DNA of 32,000 bases. It comes from Wolbachia endosymbiont of Onchocerca ochengi (GTDB taxonomy: Bacteria > Pseudomonadota > Alphaproteobacteria > Rickettsiales > Anaplasmataceae). Both the position numbers and the translations under genes were made by a program. The stretch covers positions 60,001 to 92,000 of the forward strand of contig NC_018267.1 in the NCBI RefSeq assembly GCF_000306885.1, in the 5' to 3' direction. Positions 1 through 12,647 of the stretch are shown here, piece after piece. Position 1 is the first letter of the stretch. Each line of letters begins with the position of its first letter. The notes beneath the pieces are model-generated. The model worked only from the letters and a program-made list of their open reading frames with translations. It did not search any database and was not told where the DNA came from.

Positions 1-222
1 TGTGCATTATCGATAGCCATTCCACTGCCCTTAACTAATTTTATTCCTGCAATCGGTACAACTTTCATTTCACTTGGCATTATGAGCAAAGATGGACTTC
101 TCTCCATATTGGGAGTTCTAGTATCTTTGTGCGGTTTATTACTTACCCTTGTTGTAATAGTTGAAGGACCACAGCTCATAATTGGAGCGTTTTCTTTTCT
201 GAAAAGCTTTGTATATGGTTAA
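1..222 (+). CDS. C-terminal end of an ExoD-family (exopolysaccharide synthesis) membrane protein, truncated by window start
   Basis: Frame +1 reads [73 protein letters not shown] ; ExoD-like PLPLTNFIPAIG...SLGI...KDGL pattern. Confidence 0.7.
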   Translation, partial: CALSIAIPLPLTNFIPAIGTTFISLGIMSKDGLLSILGVLVSLCGLLLTLVVIVEGPQLIIGAFSFLKSFVYG

Positions 223-1588
223 GCTTTACAATACTTTAACAAAAAAAAAAGAGCTCTTTACACCGATCGACAAAGGTCATATAAAAATGTACGTTTGCGG
301 ACCAACCGTATATGATACAGCACATATAGGTAATGCACGTGCTGCTATTGTCTATGACGTATTATTTCAGTTGCTTAAATCTCATTATGGCAAAGTTACC
401 TATGTACGCAACATAACTGATATTGATGATAAGATAATCAATGCAGCAAGTGAAAAAAATAGCAGTATAGAAAGTATAACTACACATTACACTAAGGCTT
501 TTCGTGAAGACATGAAAAGTCTAAACTGTGTAGAACCAACACATGAGCCGAAAGCAACAGAAAATATAGATTGCATTATCAAATTAATTGAACATTTGCT
601 AATATCTAATCATGCCTATGAATCCGATAAACATGTATATTTTAGTATTGAATCTTACCCTGAGTATGGTGCTTTATCAGGGAAAAAAATTAATGAATTA
701 GATCATGGCAGCAGAGTTAAAGTTGGTAAAAACAAAAAGCATCCAGGAGATTTTGTACTATGGAAACCAGCAAACGACATTGACTACAAGCTTTCAAGTC
801 ACTGGAATAGTCCATGGGGAAAAGGAAGACCTGGATGGCATATCGAATGTTCGGCAATGGCATATGCATATCTTGGTAAAGATTTTGACATCCATGGTGG
901 GGGTATAGATTTACAATTTCCTCATCATGAGAACGAAATTGCGCAAAGCAAATCTGCATTTAGTGGGTCAATGTTCGCAAAATATTGGGTACATAATGGT
1001 TTCCTGACGGTAAACGAAGAAAAAATGAGCAAGTCCTTATTTAACATAGTTAAAGTAAGAGATTTGCTCGATAGTGGAATAAAGGGAGAAGTAATACGTC
1101 ATGCATTGTTCAAAACTCATTATAGAAAACCACTCGATTGGACAAGAGATATTATTTGGGAGTCGCAAGAAACTTTAAACAAGTTCTATCGGTTATTACG
1201 TAGTGTGGATATAGCAAGCATTGATGAAAGCAATACAGAAGTATATAAAGATTTTATAGAGGCTTTGAAAAATGACCTAAATATCCCTGAAGCTTTAGTT
1301 ATATTGCATGAAATGGCCACAAAAATCAATAAAACAAACAATGAACATAAAAAACTCAAATTAACTGAAAGTTTTGTTAAGAGTGCACGATTTATTGGTC
1401 TTCTTAAATCAAGTTATCAAGAGTGGTTTACCGTAGGCGTAGACCACCGAGAAATAGAAAGATTAGTAAATTTAAGAAAGGCAGCAAAAAAAAATAAAGA
1501 TTATGATGCTGCCGACAAAATAAGAGATCAGTTAAAAAGGATGAAGGTTACAATTTTTGATAACGAAGATGGTACAACAACCTGGTAA
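215..1588 (+). CDS. cysS: Cysteinyl-tRNA synthetase
   Basis: [48 protein letters not shown] and KMSKSLFN motifs; likely start is ATG 215 rather than the TTG at 209; overlaps the preceding stop by 8 bp. Confidence 0.97.
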   Translation: MVKLYNTLTKKKELFTPIDKGHIKMYVCGPTVYDTAHIGNARAAIVYDVLFQLLKSHYGKVTYVRNITDIDDKIINAASEKNSSIESITTHYTKAFREDMKSLNCVEPTHEPKATENIDCIIKLIEHLLISNHAYESDKHVYFSIESYPEYGALSGKKINELDHGSRVKVGKNKKHPGDFVLWKPANDIDYKLSSHWNSPWGKGRPGWHIECSAMAYAYLGKDFDIHGGGIDLQFPHHENEIAQSKSAFSGSMFAKYWVHNGFLTVNEEKMSKSLFNIVKVRDLLDSGIKGEVIRHALFKTHYRKPLDWTRDIIWESQETLNKFYRLLRSVDIASIDESNTEVYKDFIEALKNDLNIPEALVILHEMATKINKTNNEHKKLKLTESFVKSARFIGLLKSSYQEWFTVGVDHREIERLVNLRKAAKKNKDYDAADKIRDQLKRMKVTIFDNEDGTTTW

Positions 1589-1594
1589 GTTCAT

Positions 1595-2011
1595 ATGGAA
1601 AACTATCTACTACTATTCATAGATAATCTATTATCTTCATTAATCTTGCCCATATACGAAGGTTTTGTATTTTATACTATGTTGTATTTTAGGTCATATT
1701 ACAACCCACTACTTATGTTACTTTTTGGAGTATTGGGCTCAAGTATTGGTGGAATAGTCAATTGGCATTTGGGTAAAATAACAATTTTCGCTAGAAAAGC
1801 ATATCACAAATTAGAAAATGAGTACACAACCCCAAAAATAATAAGAAATTTGCTAATTTGTGCAGTTACATTGCTTTCATGGATGTCAGCACTTGGAAGT
1901 GCAATTCAAGTTTTATCAGGTTATTTTAAACTAAACTTCAGTGCCTTTACTTTACTAACTATCGTATCCAATTTCCTTTATTTATTATACCTCACTACCA
2001 CCGTTCAATAA
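1595..2011 (+). CDS. YqaA/DedA-like small integral membrane protein
   Basis: 138 aa hydrophobic ORF with PIYEGFVFYTML...GSSIGGIVNWHLGK...SGYFKLNFSAF pattern; immediately downstream of cysS. Confidence 0.65.
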   Translation: MENYLLLFIDNLLSSLILPIYEGFVFYTMLYFRSYYNPLLMLLFGVLGSSIGGIVNWHLGKITIFARKAYHKLENEYTTPKIIRNLLICAVTLLSWMSALGSAIQVLSGYFKLNFSAFTLLTIVSNFLYLLYLTTTVQ

Positions 2012-4250
2012 GCTGAGTTAATTACTATCTTCTCATAACCTTTTCTTTTATCTTTCAAAATACTTCACAATATAGCTTCATACAGAGCATTACAAGATAT
2101 CTACTTTTTTATAATTAGATATAGATTCTTTCTTATCTTCAAGTATCCTGAAATTTTTGAAGCCATCATTTCTCAAAATTTTAGGCATTAAGTAAAACTT
2201 CTGACCTAAACTCATCAATCAGATCCAAAATTTCCATAGTCTTTTCAGGGCTTATAAACTTAAAGATGATATTTCATTCTAAGACGTCTAACTTTGCAAA
2301 TGTATTAAGCTGAAATAGCATATAAAACAAAAATCGTATATTCCATTGAGATAAAAACCTTAATATAGTTTAGTCTTATATATCAATATAGCACAAACAA
2401 CTATCAGGGAAAATGCTACTTTCTTATTTTGCAAAAAAAAAACAATAAGTACTTGTAATCTACTCCATCCAAAAATGGTGGTTGCAAACTTAATTTTTTA
2501 ATCTTATCATTCAAAGATGTGAATCTACCAAAATATAATTATCATACTCGCTTAAAAGTTCAGGTAAAACATATCTCCCCCACTCTAACTTTAAGAAGTC
2601 ATTCTCCCTTAGTTTCTCTAGTAAATGACACATTAAAAACTGATTGACGAACCTACATAAAATTTTCATCAAATTCACCTGAAAGTAATCAATATCACTA
2701 TTAGGAATAGGTTATATTACTTCCTTTATCATTCTAAGATGATATTTTATGAAATAAGTTGTTTGATCTTTTTTTTAAAAACTTTAAAATACTTTTGTTT
2801 TTATCATCTATCTCATATAAAATACCATTATTTTTTTGTTCTGCGTCTTAAAAATTTATCCCTATCTTCTACATACAGCCTACGGAACCATTAGCAGGTT
2901 CATGTATTGCCCATAGCCTTCAATGACCGGTTATCACACTATTTTTCCTACTCTCAGCACGACAAAATACTATATATCTTTTCTAATTTTAAAGCCCTTT
3001 ATAAAGTATAAAATCGTTCTTTAGCAAAAAAGATTTCCACATCTGCTCTTTTGAAAAGGTTTAATCCTTGTGTTTACAATTTACATGCCGATAGAATAAT
3101 CATTCAGTTTCTGTAGCTCTTCAACCATATATTTATTGAATTTCCACATAATTTATATCAACATGCCATAATCATTTTTCTAATGTACTCATCAGAACAA
3201 TGATACCATCTTTATTAACAATAACTTGTACTAATACCCTTATAGTATTAACATAACCTTGTACTTTTCAATGTTGAAATTTCAGCATGGTACATCCCCA
3301 TCAACACTTTTTTGCCATCTCTATTATCATAATTTGAATTCGGTGCAGAACCTAAAATAATAAATTCCTTAAAGAAAGCAGATTCTTATTTTAAATCCTT
3401 AAAGTCATTTTTATAGAAACAAATAAAACTAATAAATATTGCTCACTATACTATAAGTTTAAAGTAGTTCTAACATTCAACAAGTTGCGAAAACTATTTA
3501 TGTAATATAAATAAATTAATATATATAAAATAATGTTTATTTTAATCTTCTCAAAAACCAATATGCTTATCAAGATTTACTACAGTTATAATCATCACAT
3601 GATGGTATAAAACTAAAGTAGAATGCAAGTATAACGCCACTTTTTTTTCACAAACACCGATTGATAATCGTCATCCTCTATTTCATATAGGTACATTCAA
3701 TCTTTTTCCAGTTTCTTTAATACTCTCTAGTTGCAGAAACTAAAATATCACATCAGCATTAAAGTATTTCCTCATCATCACATAAATATTTTATTCCAAA
3801 TGAATAAACTGGTTGACCAACTCTATCTTATTGCATAGAGACTTATTATTTCAAATCACACCGTCCATTATCTTCTGAGCTTCAACATACCTATCTACAA
3901 AACACATATACCTAATTCATTGTTTAGCTCGCCATAAAAAATATGACAAACCTTATATCTATATAGTCTCTTTTTCAATTCTGCTATTGGCAAAACAAAT
4001 CTTAGTTTGACTTACCCTTGAATAACTCTAGATCTGCATTCAGTAGTATAATCACTTGATTATTGAGCCTATTATATTGTATATCTTTTCCACTACTTCC
4101 CGATGCTCTGCAGACATCAAGCAAAATACTAAAATTTCTTAATTATGGTGTGCTATTCAATCTCCACAAACTCTTAACACGCCTTTATCAAAAGCAGCTA
4201 GACCTAGAAGGGAGAAAATGTAGCTTAGCTTGAAGAATTTACTTTGAAGA
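2012..4250 (-). pseudogene. Decayed minus-strand coding region(s) of unknown identity; boundaries approximate
   Basis: No intact ORF in about 2.2 kb, but minus-strand tracts read as protein: 2511-2711 (PIPNSDIDYFQVNLMKILCRFVNQFLMCHLLEKLRENDFLKLEWGRYVLPELLSEYDNYILVDSHL*), 3248-3385 (ESAFFKEFIILGSAPNSNYDNRDGKKVLMGMYHAEISTLKSTRLC*), and about 2010-2270 in shifting frames. Confidence 0.5.
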
Positions 4251-4349
4251 ATGCCTCAAAGCCAACTTATCAATTCATGTCACTGAAATAATGATTTTTA
4301 ATATAAAAAACAAATCCTATACTATACCGGTACCATTAATTAAAAAACT

Positions 4350-5546
4350 TTAATCTGACGCTAATCGTAGTGCAGCAACTCCTGGCATTTCATCATCACT
4401 TAGCCAGTTTAAAAATGCCCCTCCGCCGGTCGAAACATATGTAAAATCTTTATCGGTAAGACCTGCAGCATTTATTGCGGATATGCTATCCCCTCCCCCT
4501 ACCACACTGATTAATTTCCCTTTACGGGTCAAACTACTTACCACCTTCATCACCCCCATTGTACCATTTGCAAAAGCCGAATACTCAAAAACACCGATAG
4601 GTCCATTCCACAGCAAAGTTTTACTGCTTGCTATTACACTGCTTATTATGCTTAAAGTTTGAGGTCCGATATCTAAAATTACATCATTATCTAAAATAGA
4701 TTCAGTTTTTCTTAAAATGCCAGTGCTATAATCAGAGTTTATTGCAACTAAGACATCTTTAGGCATAATTATTTTGCAATTGTTTTTATTTGCCGTCTCA
4801 ACAGCATCACGCAGAAGATCATTAACGTTATTTTGAAAAAAAGATTTGCCAATACTCATTCCATTAAATAATAAAAAATTATTAGTAATTGCACCACCAA
4901 GAATTAGATAATTAACCTTTTCTGCTAATTTTATAAGCATTTTTATTTTGGTTGATATTTTAGCTCCTCCAATTATCGCAGTAATGGGTTTAGCATCAAA
5001 CAATATGACTTTTTCAAGATGCTTTAGCTCATTTTGCAAGCAAAATCCTGCGTAGGAAGGTAAAAACTTTGTAATACATGAAATAGAGGCATGAGCTCTA
5101 TGAGAACAAGAAAATGCATCATTTACATATATATCCGCTAGAGATGCTAACTGTTTAGAAAAATTCAAGTCATTCTGCTCCTCCCCTTTATAAAATCTTA
5201 GATTTTCTAGTAACATTATATCTCCTCTACTCATTGCATTTATTGCTCTTTGTACTCTCTGGCCAATACAAGCATCAACAAATTTTACCTCTTTTTTCAA
5301 CAACTGTGATAAGGTTTCAACTATGTTTCTTAGCGATAGACTACTATCTTTAGTTTTTGGATGTCCAAGATGTGATATAATAATAACTTTTGCACTTGCA
5401 TTTATTAAGTGTTGAATAGTCGGCAGCGTTCTCAAAATACGAGTGGCATCATGAACTTTTCCGTTTTTTATAGGAACATTAAAATCAACCCTGAGCAAAA
5501 CAGTCTTACCCTGAAAATCACAATTTTCTATGCTAGGTATGTTCAT
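4350..5546 (-). CDS. pgk: Phosphoglycerate kinase
   Basis: VLLRVDFNVPIKNGK, HLGHPK, LLENLRFYKGEE, WNGPIGVFE, FTYVSTGGGAFLNWL motifs. Confidence 0.97.
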   Translation of the reverse strand: MNIPSIENCDFQGKTVLLRVDFNVPIKNGKVHDATRILRTLPTIQHLINASAKVIIISHLGHPKTKDSSLSLRNIVETLSQLLKKEVKFVDACIGQRVQRAINAMSRGDIMLLENLRFYKGEEQNDLNFSKQLASLADIYVNDAFSCSHRAHASISCITKFLPSYAGFCLQNELKHLEKVILFDAKPITAIIGGAKISTKIKMLIKLAEKVNYLILGGAITNNFLLFNGMSIGKSFFQNNVNDLLRDAVETANKNNCKIIMPKDVLVAINSDYSTGILRKTESILDNDVILDIGPQTLSIISSVIASSKTLLWNGPIGVFEYSAFANGTMGVMKVVSSLTRKGKLISVVGGGDSISAINAAGLTDKDFTYVSTGGGAFLNWLSDDEMPGVAALRLASD

Positions 5547-5585
5547 ACAAAATTCAAGCTACAAAATACTATATAGCAGTTTTAC

Positions 5586-6605
5586 TTAAAGTAAATTACT
5601 TGCTCTTTCTTGAATCCTCTTTGAAGTTGAATATTGAAAATTAACTGGAGAATTGTGAATCACTTTGTATATGTCATAACAAGCCATAGCACTCTCAGCA
5701 AAACCATTTAATATCAACTTTAGTTTACCCAAATAAGTAGCTATATCTCCGACTGCATATATCCTATCTCTATTAGTTCTAAGTGTAGTCTGGTCAACAA
5801 CTATGCGACTATGTTGCAACTTTAAACCCCAATTGTTTATTGGACCTAAATTCATCGACAGGCCAAAAAATGGCAGTAAGAAATCAGCGTATATTCCTTT
5901 TTTTTCATTAGAAACAATATTCTTTATTATCACTGCATTCAATTGCCCATTATTTCCAACTAATTCGTGTAATTGATATGGCGTTATGAGTTTTATTTTT
6001 CCATCACTTTTAAGTAATTCTAATTTATTTTTAGTTTCAGGAGTGCAACGAAATTCTTTTCTTCGATGTATCACATAGATTCTCTTTGCAACTCTAGAGA
6101 GTTCTATAGTCCAATCAGCTGCGGAATCTCCTCCTCCCGCAATAACTATAGTTTTATCCTGAAAATCAGAAATTTTATTTACGCTATAAAATACGGACTT
6201 ATTCTCGTACTCTAATATACCACTAAGAGGTGGGCGGTTAGGTTCAAATATTCCATTACCTGCAGCAATGATAACAGCTTTACACTTCACTTCTGTACCT
6301 ATACTTGTTACTACAGTAAAACTTTGATTCTCATTACTTGAGATTTTCTCCACCATTTGACTTAAATGGTAAACAGGGCCAAATGGCAAAGCTTGTTCCA
6401 TTAATTGTTCAATCAATCTTTGCGCAGTAATAACAGGATAGCCAGGTATATCATATATTGATTTTTCTGGATAAAGAGCGGCACACTGTCCTCCTGCTTG
6501 ATTTAAAATATCCATTATATGACATCTCATATCGAGCATTCCCGCTTGAAAAGCAGTAAATATTCCAACAGGTCCTGCACCTATTACTACTATGTCAGTT
6601 TCCAT
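5586..6605 (-). CDS. Ferredoxin-NADP+ reductase / thioredoxin reductase-like flavoprotein
   Basis: VVIGAGPVGIFTAFQAGM, GGQCAALYPEKSIYDIPGYP, IVIAGGGDSAADW and IYAVGDIATYLGKLKLILNGFAESAMA motifs; YumC-type FNR with no CxxC redox motif. Confidence 0.88.
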   Translation of the reverse strand: METDIVVIGAGPVGIFTAFQAGMLDMRCHIMDILNQAGGQCAALYPEKSIYDIPGYPVITAQRLIEQLMEQALPFGPVYHLSQMVEKISSNENQSFTVVTSIGTEVKCKAVIIAAGNGIFEPNRPPLSGILEYENKSVFYSVNKISDFQDKTIVIAGGGDSAADWTIELSRVAKRIYVIHRRKEFRCTPETKNKLELLKSDGKIKLITPYQLHELVGNNGQLNAVIIKNIVSNEKKGIYADFLLPFFGLSMNLGPINNWGLKLQHSRIVVDQTTLRTNRDRIYAVGDIATYLGKLKLILNGFAESAMACYDIYKVIHNSPVNFQYSTSKRIQERASNLL

Positions 6606-6959
6606 GATTCCTATTTAAGCAATAACTCATTTAGATATTAGTTAGCTTTGTTAATAAAGTCAATTTATGTAATGTAGGAGATGCAATTTGAAAAATGCAT
6701 AAATCAACTCTTTATAACCTTAGCAAATCTTCCTTTCTCACACTAAAAAAGACAAATTAAAAAATAAATTTCTATGTAATTACAGTAATATATTTACTTA
6801 AATAGTAAAAAAAGCACCATGAATATCAAGAATAACCTAATAGTTAAAGCTGTAGTAAATAACAAGACAAAAAGAAGTTATAAAACAATTGCTTACTTTG
6901 CTTAAAAACTATCTAATCCATTCGATATAGAACAAATATGTACAAAAAGTCAGTACTTC

Positions 6960-7775
6960 ATTAAATCATGCTGCAAAAAATTTCAATCATGAGCTGGCAA
7001 AATTACTCATTAATAAATATAGAATCAATATGAGTTTAAAAAAAAGCAACTAGGTGAATTCTATTAGAATTTACAATCGAAATTTTTTTCAGAGGTTGCA
7101 ATTAGAGAAATCTACCTATAACTAAATATTTTAATAGAAAAGTTTCTTGTGAAAATGACTTAATGATTATTAATCTCTTGTCAAAATCGAAAGTAAAATT
7201 CAATAAGGCAGAGTGCGCTTATCTACTAAGTAGTATAGAAAATCAGAAAAATAAGAATGAATATGCAACTTTAATGAAAAGACAGAGAAGAGACTTTAAG
7301 TTTAATTTAACATTTAAAAGTATTTTAAAAAAAAATTGATGAAAATGCGAAGCGAGGAGAAAAATATGTAAAGTACAAAAACCATGATCATAATTAACAA
7401 TTCAGAAAATACTCACAATATCTCGAAACACAATAACAGTAGCCAATATGATATCTTAGGATATAATATCAGTAATTGCTGCACTTCAAAGCATATTTAC
7501 AAGAAGCAGACATTATATAATAATAAAGAAGAATAAAATGTAACATTATATAAATCATAGTAATGGTGTATTGATTATTTACAGTAACGAAACTTACCGT
7601 TGAAACTTCCAATCGTGGTAATAAAGAAAATAACACTTAACACCTTCAAATTTCCAACCAGCAAATAAAAACTCAAGCTCCTCTTGCAAAAACGATGCGT
7701 GAAGATAAAATGGTTAATCTTAGCTTTAATAAAGCATATGGTTCTAATTTTTCTCTAATTAAGAATCAGTAAATA
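6960..7775 (+). pseudogene. Fragmented plus-strand coding remnants, unidentified
   Basis: Successive plus-strand tracts such as NHELAKLLINKYRINMSLKKKQLGEFY*NLQSKFFSEVAIREIYL; then (shifted) KYFNRKVSCENDLMIINLLSKSKVKFNKAECAYLLSSIENQKNKNEYATLMKRQRRDFKFNLTFKSILKKN*; and HLQISNQQIKTQAPLAKTMREDKMVNLSFNKAYGSNFSLIKNQ*. Confidence 0.35.
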
Positions 7776-8305
7776 GTATAAAGGAAAAGAAGAGACATTT
7801 AAGAACAAAACATTTTCTAACTTTAAGATATGATTCCAACCTCAAAGTCAGATAGTTTAAGTTCTTAAGTGTTTTTAAATTTTATAAAACAGCTCATAAT
7901 AATTAGAATCTAGCCTTTTTAAAAGGCATAGAAAAGGAGCTCAATAAATCAATAAAAATTGCTTAGCACATTTTTGCAGCTCCATTCTGTTAGCAGAATA
8001 GCACTCTAAGATCAAAAAATCTACTTTTGTTTGCAAGTTTTTCCACTAAACAACAAAATTCAGTAAAAAAGTATAGTGTATCTTCTTCAAGATATGCAGG
8101 GTATATATATATTTCTGTTGTATGTGTGCTACACTTTTGCTAACTCTCCTATATAAGAAGTTCATCATGTTTATACAACCTTGAATTACATATATCGTTA
8201 ACTTAGCACGAAAATCAGACAGCACTAAGTTTTTTAACATCAGACCATAAAATAGCTAAGGCTAATATAAGTTTTTCGTCCTTTCTAACAAATTTTTACG
8301 ATTAC

Positions 8306-8950
8306 TTATTTTTTTGCACTCCAGTCTTTTTCAAATATTGCAAGCCCATAATCAGTAAGTGGATGGCTAAGTAACTGCCTAAGCACTTTTGCTGGCATAG
8401 TAATTGAATGAGCACCAAGTTTTGCAGCTTCTACCACGTGCGCTGAGCTTCTTACTGATGCAACAAGAACTTTAGTATCAAAACCGTAATTAGAATATAT
8501 AGTACATATATCCTTTATTAAAAATAAACCACCATAGTTTATATCATCAAGACGACCAACAAAAGGAGAAACAAAACAAGCACTGGCCTTAGCGGCAAAC
8601 AGTGCTTGTCCAGGAGAAAAACATAATGTAATGTTAACAGGTATTTTATACTCTGTCCACAACTTTTTACAAGAAATTAATCCTTCATATGTAAGAGGCA
8701 ACTTTACTACGATATTACTAGCAATTTTCGCTAATTTAAGTCCTTCTTTAATCATTTCTTCATGATTATCTGCAACAACTTCAACACTAACAGGCCCTTT
8801 TATAACAGAGCATATTTCACTTATTAAACCTTCATATTCATCTTTACGCCCAGACTTTGCTATCAAAGAAGGATTAGTTGTTATACCATCAATGACCTCT
8901 TTTAGCTCTTCAATTTCACTTAAATCAACACTATCAAGAAAAATTTCCAT
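8306..8950 (-). CDS. tal: Transaldolase (fructose-6-phosphate aldolase-like, short type)
   Basis: MEIFLDSVDLSEIEELKEV..GITTNPSLIAKSG, NIVVKLPLTYEGL, NITLCFSPGQALFAAKA, SPFVGRLDD motifs. Confidence 0.95.
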   Translation of the reverse strand: MEIFLDSVDLSEIEELKEVIDGITTNPSLIAKSGRKDEYEGLISEICSVIKGPVSVEVVADNHEEMIKEGLKLAKIASNIVVKLPLTYEGLISCKKLWTEYKIPVNITLCFSPGQALFAAKASACFVSPFVGRLDDINYGGLFLIKDICTIYSNYGFDTKVLVASVRSSAHVVEAAKLGAHSITMPAKVLRQLLSHPLTDYGLAIFEKDWSAKK

Positions 8951-8974
8951 AATATTCCAATATACAATAAAAAC

Positions 8975-9307
8975 TCACTGACTAAAATAATTTAATTGCA
9001 TGTTCATTCTTTTACTTTTAAACAATTCCTCATTATGAATTATACAATCGAAAACTTGAATTTGATTCGTCATAACGCTACAATTATTATTTATAATCTC
9101 CAATACACCATTATCAACCACAACCTTTTCTTCCTTCTGTTTACTTATTTTAACAGTGATTATACCTGGTAATAAATAAATTAAATAAGGAGAGTGGTGA
9201 GCTAAAATCATAAGTTTACCCTCAAGCCCATTCATTGAAAGAGAAACTACTTTATTGAATGAGATTTGATTATCAGGAGAAAAAAATTGCACTTTAAAGG
9301 TGTTCAT
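8975..9307 (-). CDS. atpC: F1F0 ATP synthase epsilon subunit
   Basis: 110 aa, F..GxLMILAHHSPYLIYLLPGIITV pattern, directly downstream of atpD on the same strand. Confidence 0.85.
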   Translation of the reverse strand: MNTFKVQFFSPDNQISFNKVVSLSMNGLEGKLMILAHHSPYLIYLLPGIITVKISKQKEEKVVVDNGVLEIINNNCSVMTNQIQVFDCIIHNEELFKSKRMNMQLNYFSQ

Positions 9308-9336
9308 GATCTCTAATCTCTAGCTCCAACGTTAAC

Positions 9337-10824
<1,488 letters not shown>

Positions 10825-10859
10825 CTATTAATAGAAATTTTGCAACATTAAAGTGTTCG

Positions 10860-11951
10860 TTAATCGCGTTTTATTATAAACAATGCAAATGCATTTAATA
10901 GCCAAGTAATAATAAATAGTACTAAACTAAGCGCATAAGCAGCAAGTGTTTGCACACTACTGAAATCCTGATCTCCAGTAAGTAGCGTAGCTACTTGCAC
11001 AGTAATAGTAGTAACTGAATTAAGAGGATTGAAAGTTAAGTTTGAGTTGATTCCAACAGCCATTAGCACTATCATTGTTTCACCTATCACTCTCGAAATT
11101 GACAACAGAATTGCACTCAAAATCGTAGGCATTGCATAGGGTATTATTATGTGCCATACAGTTTCTGCTGGAGTAGCCCCTAACGCCATAAAGCCATAGC
11201 GTAAACTCTTTGGAACAGACCTAATTGCGTCTTCTAACAAAGAAATAATAAAAGGAAGGACCATTATCCCTATTGATAAACCAGCAACCAATGCACTCTC
11301 CGAGTGTATACTTAGACCAAAAAAACTTGCTATCTGTTTTGCAGAAGAAGATAAAAATACAACCGAGAAATATCCATATACAACTGTAGGAATAGCAGAT
11401 AAAACTTGCAGAGTTGTATTAACAATATAACGCACTTTTCCACTCGCATACTCACTAATATATATTGCAGAAAATAAACCAAGAGGAACAGCAACTACCA
11501 TTGCTACAATAGTTACAACTAATGTGCCAACCAAAAGTGTAGCTATACCGAAGCATCCTATTTTTTCTCCATTAATAGTCACTGCACTATGACTCCACTT
11601 TAAGCAAAATAAAAATTCTGAAATAGCTACTTCTCTAAAAAAATTAACAGATTGGGTAAGAATAGATAACATTATAAATAAAGTGATAAAAAACGATATA
11701 GCAAGAGCTATGGATAATAAAAGCTTGATTATCTTATTGCATTTAAAGACAAAAGCAAACATAAAAAAAAGTGACGCTATAGCGATAGAAGTTATAAGAC
11801 AATTACTACAGAATATTAATGACCAGGTTAACAACCATATACAACTAAGATATAAATAAACTTTGACTTTATTTATTTGTTGAAATTTGCTAAAATAAAA
11901 CAAAAGAACTAGTAGTGTAGGTATGAAAAGGATTGTTGTCACCGAATTCAT
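10860..11951 (-). CDS. pstC: Phosphate ABC transporter permease, PstC type
   Basis: PLGLFSAIYISEYASGKVR, SAIPTVVYGYFSVVFL, LRYGFMALGATPAETVWHIIIPYAMPTILSAILLSISRVIGETMIVLMAVG (GETM form, as in PstC). Confidence 0.88.
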   Translation of the reverse strand: MNSVTTILFIPTLLVLLFYFSKFQQINKVKVYLYLSCIWLLTWSLIFCSNCLITSIAIASLFFMFAFVFKCNKIIKLLLSIALAISFFITLFIMLSILTQSVNFFREVAISEFLFCLKWSHSAVTINGEKIGCFGIATLLVGTLVVTIVAMVVAVPLGLFSAIYISEYASGKVRYIVNTTLQVLSAIPTVVYGYFSVVFLSSSAKQIASFFGLSIHSESALVAGLSIGIMVLPFIISLLEDAIRSVPKSLRYGFMALGATPAETVWHIIIPYAMPTILSAILLSISRVIGETMIVLMAVGINSNLTFNPLNSVTTITVQVATLLTGDQDFSSVQTLAAYALSLVLFIITWLLNAFALFIIKRD

Positions 11952-12077
11952 CTACTCATATTCGAACCTTATTTTACGAAAATACAATTTTTAAGAGTAT
12001 TTAGTATATACAATGCAAATACCATTTGACAATAAAGTAAAACAAAATTAAAATAATTAAATACTTTTGTAAAAACA

Positions 12078-12212
12078 ATGAAAAGAACTTTTCAACCGAA
12101 AAATCTGATAAGAAAACGCAGACATGGTTTCCGCTCACGTATAACAACAAAAGCTGGAAGAAAAATACTCAACAGACGTCGCTCATTAGGATGCAAAAAA
12201 CTATGTGCATAG
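12078..12212 (+). CDS. rpmH: 50S ribosomal protein L34
   Basis: [44 protein letters not shown] (44 aa; below the ORF track cut-off). Confidence 0.97.
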   Translation: MKRTFQPKNLIRKRRHGFRSRITTKAGRKILNRRRSLGCKKLCA

Positions 12213-12564
12213 TCAAGTTATCAAGTATAAAAAAAAAGACTTCTCATTTGCTTTTAAAAATAAGCTAGTACCTAATAGTTTTTTTTACCATGGACTCTAC
12301 ATGTCACTATATGCGGTAAAAGAAAGAGAACCAGAAAGGTATATTGATACTATTAGAACAGGTTTAGTTATCAGCAAAAAAGTTGGGAAAGCAACAAAAA
12401 GAAACAAAATCAAAAGGCGATTACGAATGCTTGCTAAAATTAACATTTTAAATGCAAGTAATACTGGGTATTACTATATAATAGTAACTCACAGAAATAT
12501 TATACAAGCAAGCTATAAAAACTTACAAAAAGATCTAACTGTTTGCTTAAAAAAAATAAAATAA
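12205..12564 (+). CDS. rnpA: Ribonuclease P protein component
   Basis: Immediately follows and overlaps rpmH; [22 protein letters not shown] is the RnpA signature; GTG start. Confidence 0.95.
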   Translation: MHSQVIKYKKKDFSFAFKNKLVPNSFFYHGLYMSLYAVKEREPERYIDTIRTGLVISKKVGKATKRNKIKRRLRMLAKINILNASNTGYYYIIVTHRNIIQASYKNLQKDLTVCLKKIK

Positions 12565-12582
12565 AAAACCTCAATTGAGGTA
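12561..12582 (-). terminator. Possible Rho-independent terminator on minus strand
   Basis: Palindrome ACCTC-AATT-GAGGT at 12568-12581; on the minus strand it is followed by TTTTTATTTTATTT. The stem is only 5 bp. Confidence 0.35.
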
Positions 12583-12647
12583 TTTACAACTATATTATTT
12601 ACGATAACATGAGTAAAGTTTTTAAAGATAATTAATAGGTGCAATAA

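Noticed and set aside
705-959. Overlapping ORFs 705-908 (+) and 717-959 (-)
   Set aside because: Contained within cysS in other frames; no independent support.
8046-8240. 64-aa minus-strand ORF upstream of tal
   Set aside because: Low-complexity AT-driven composition, no recognisable motif, in a decayed spacer.
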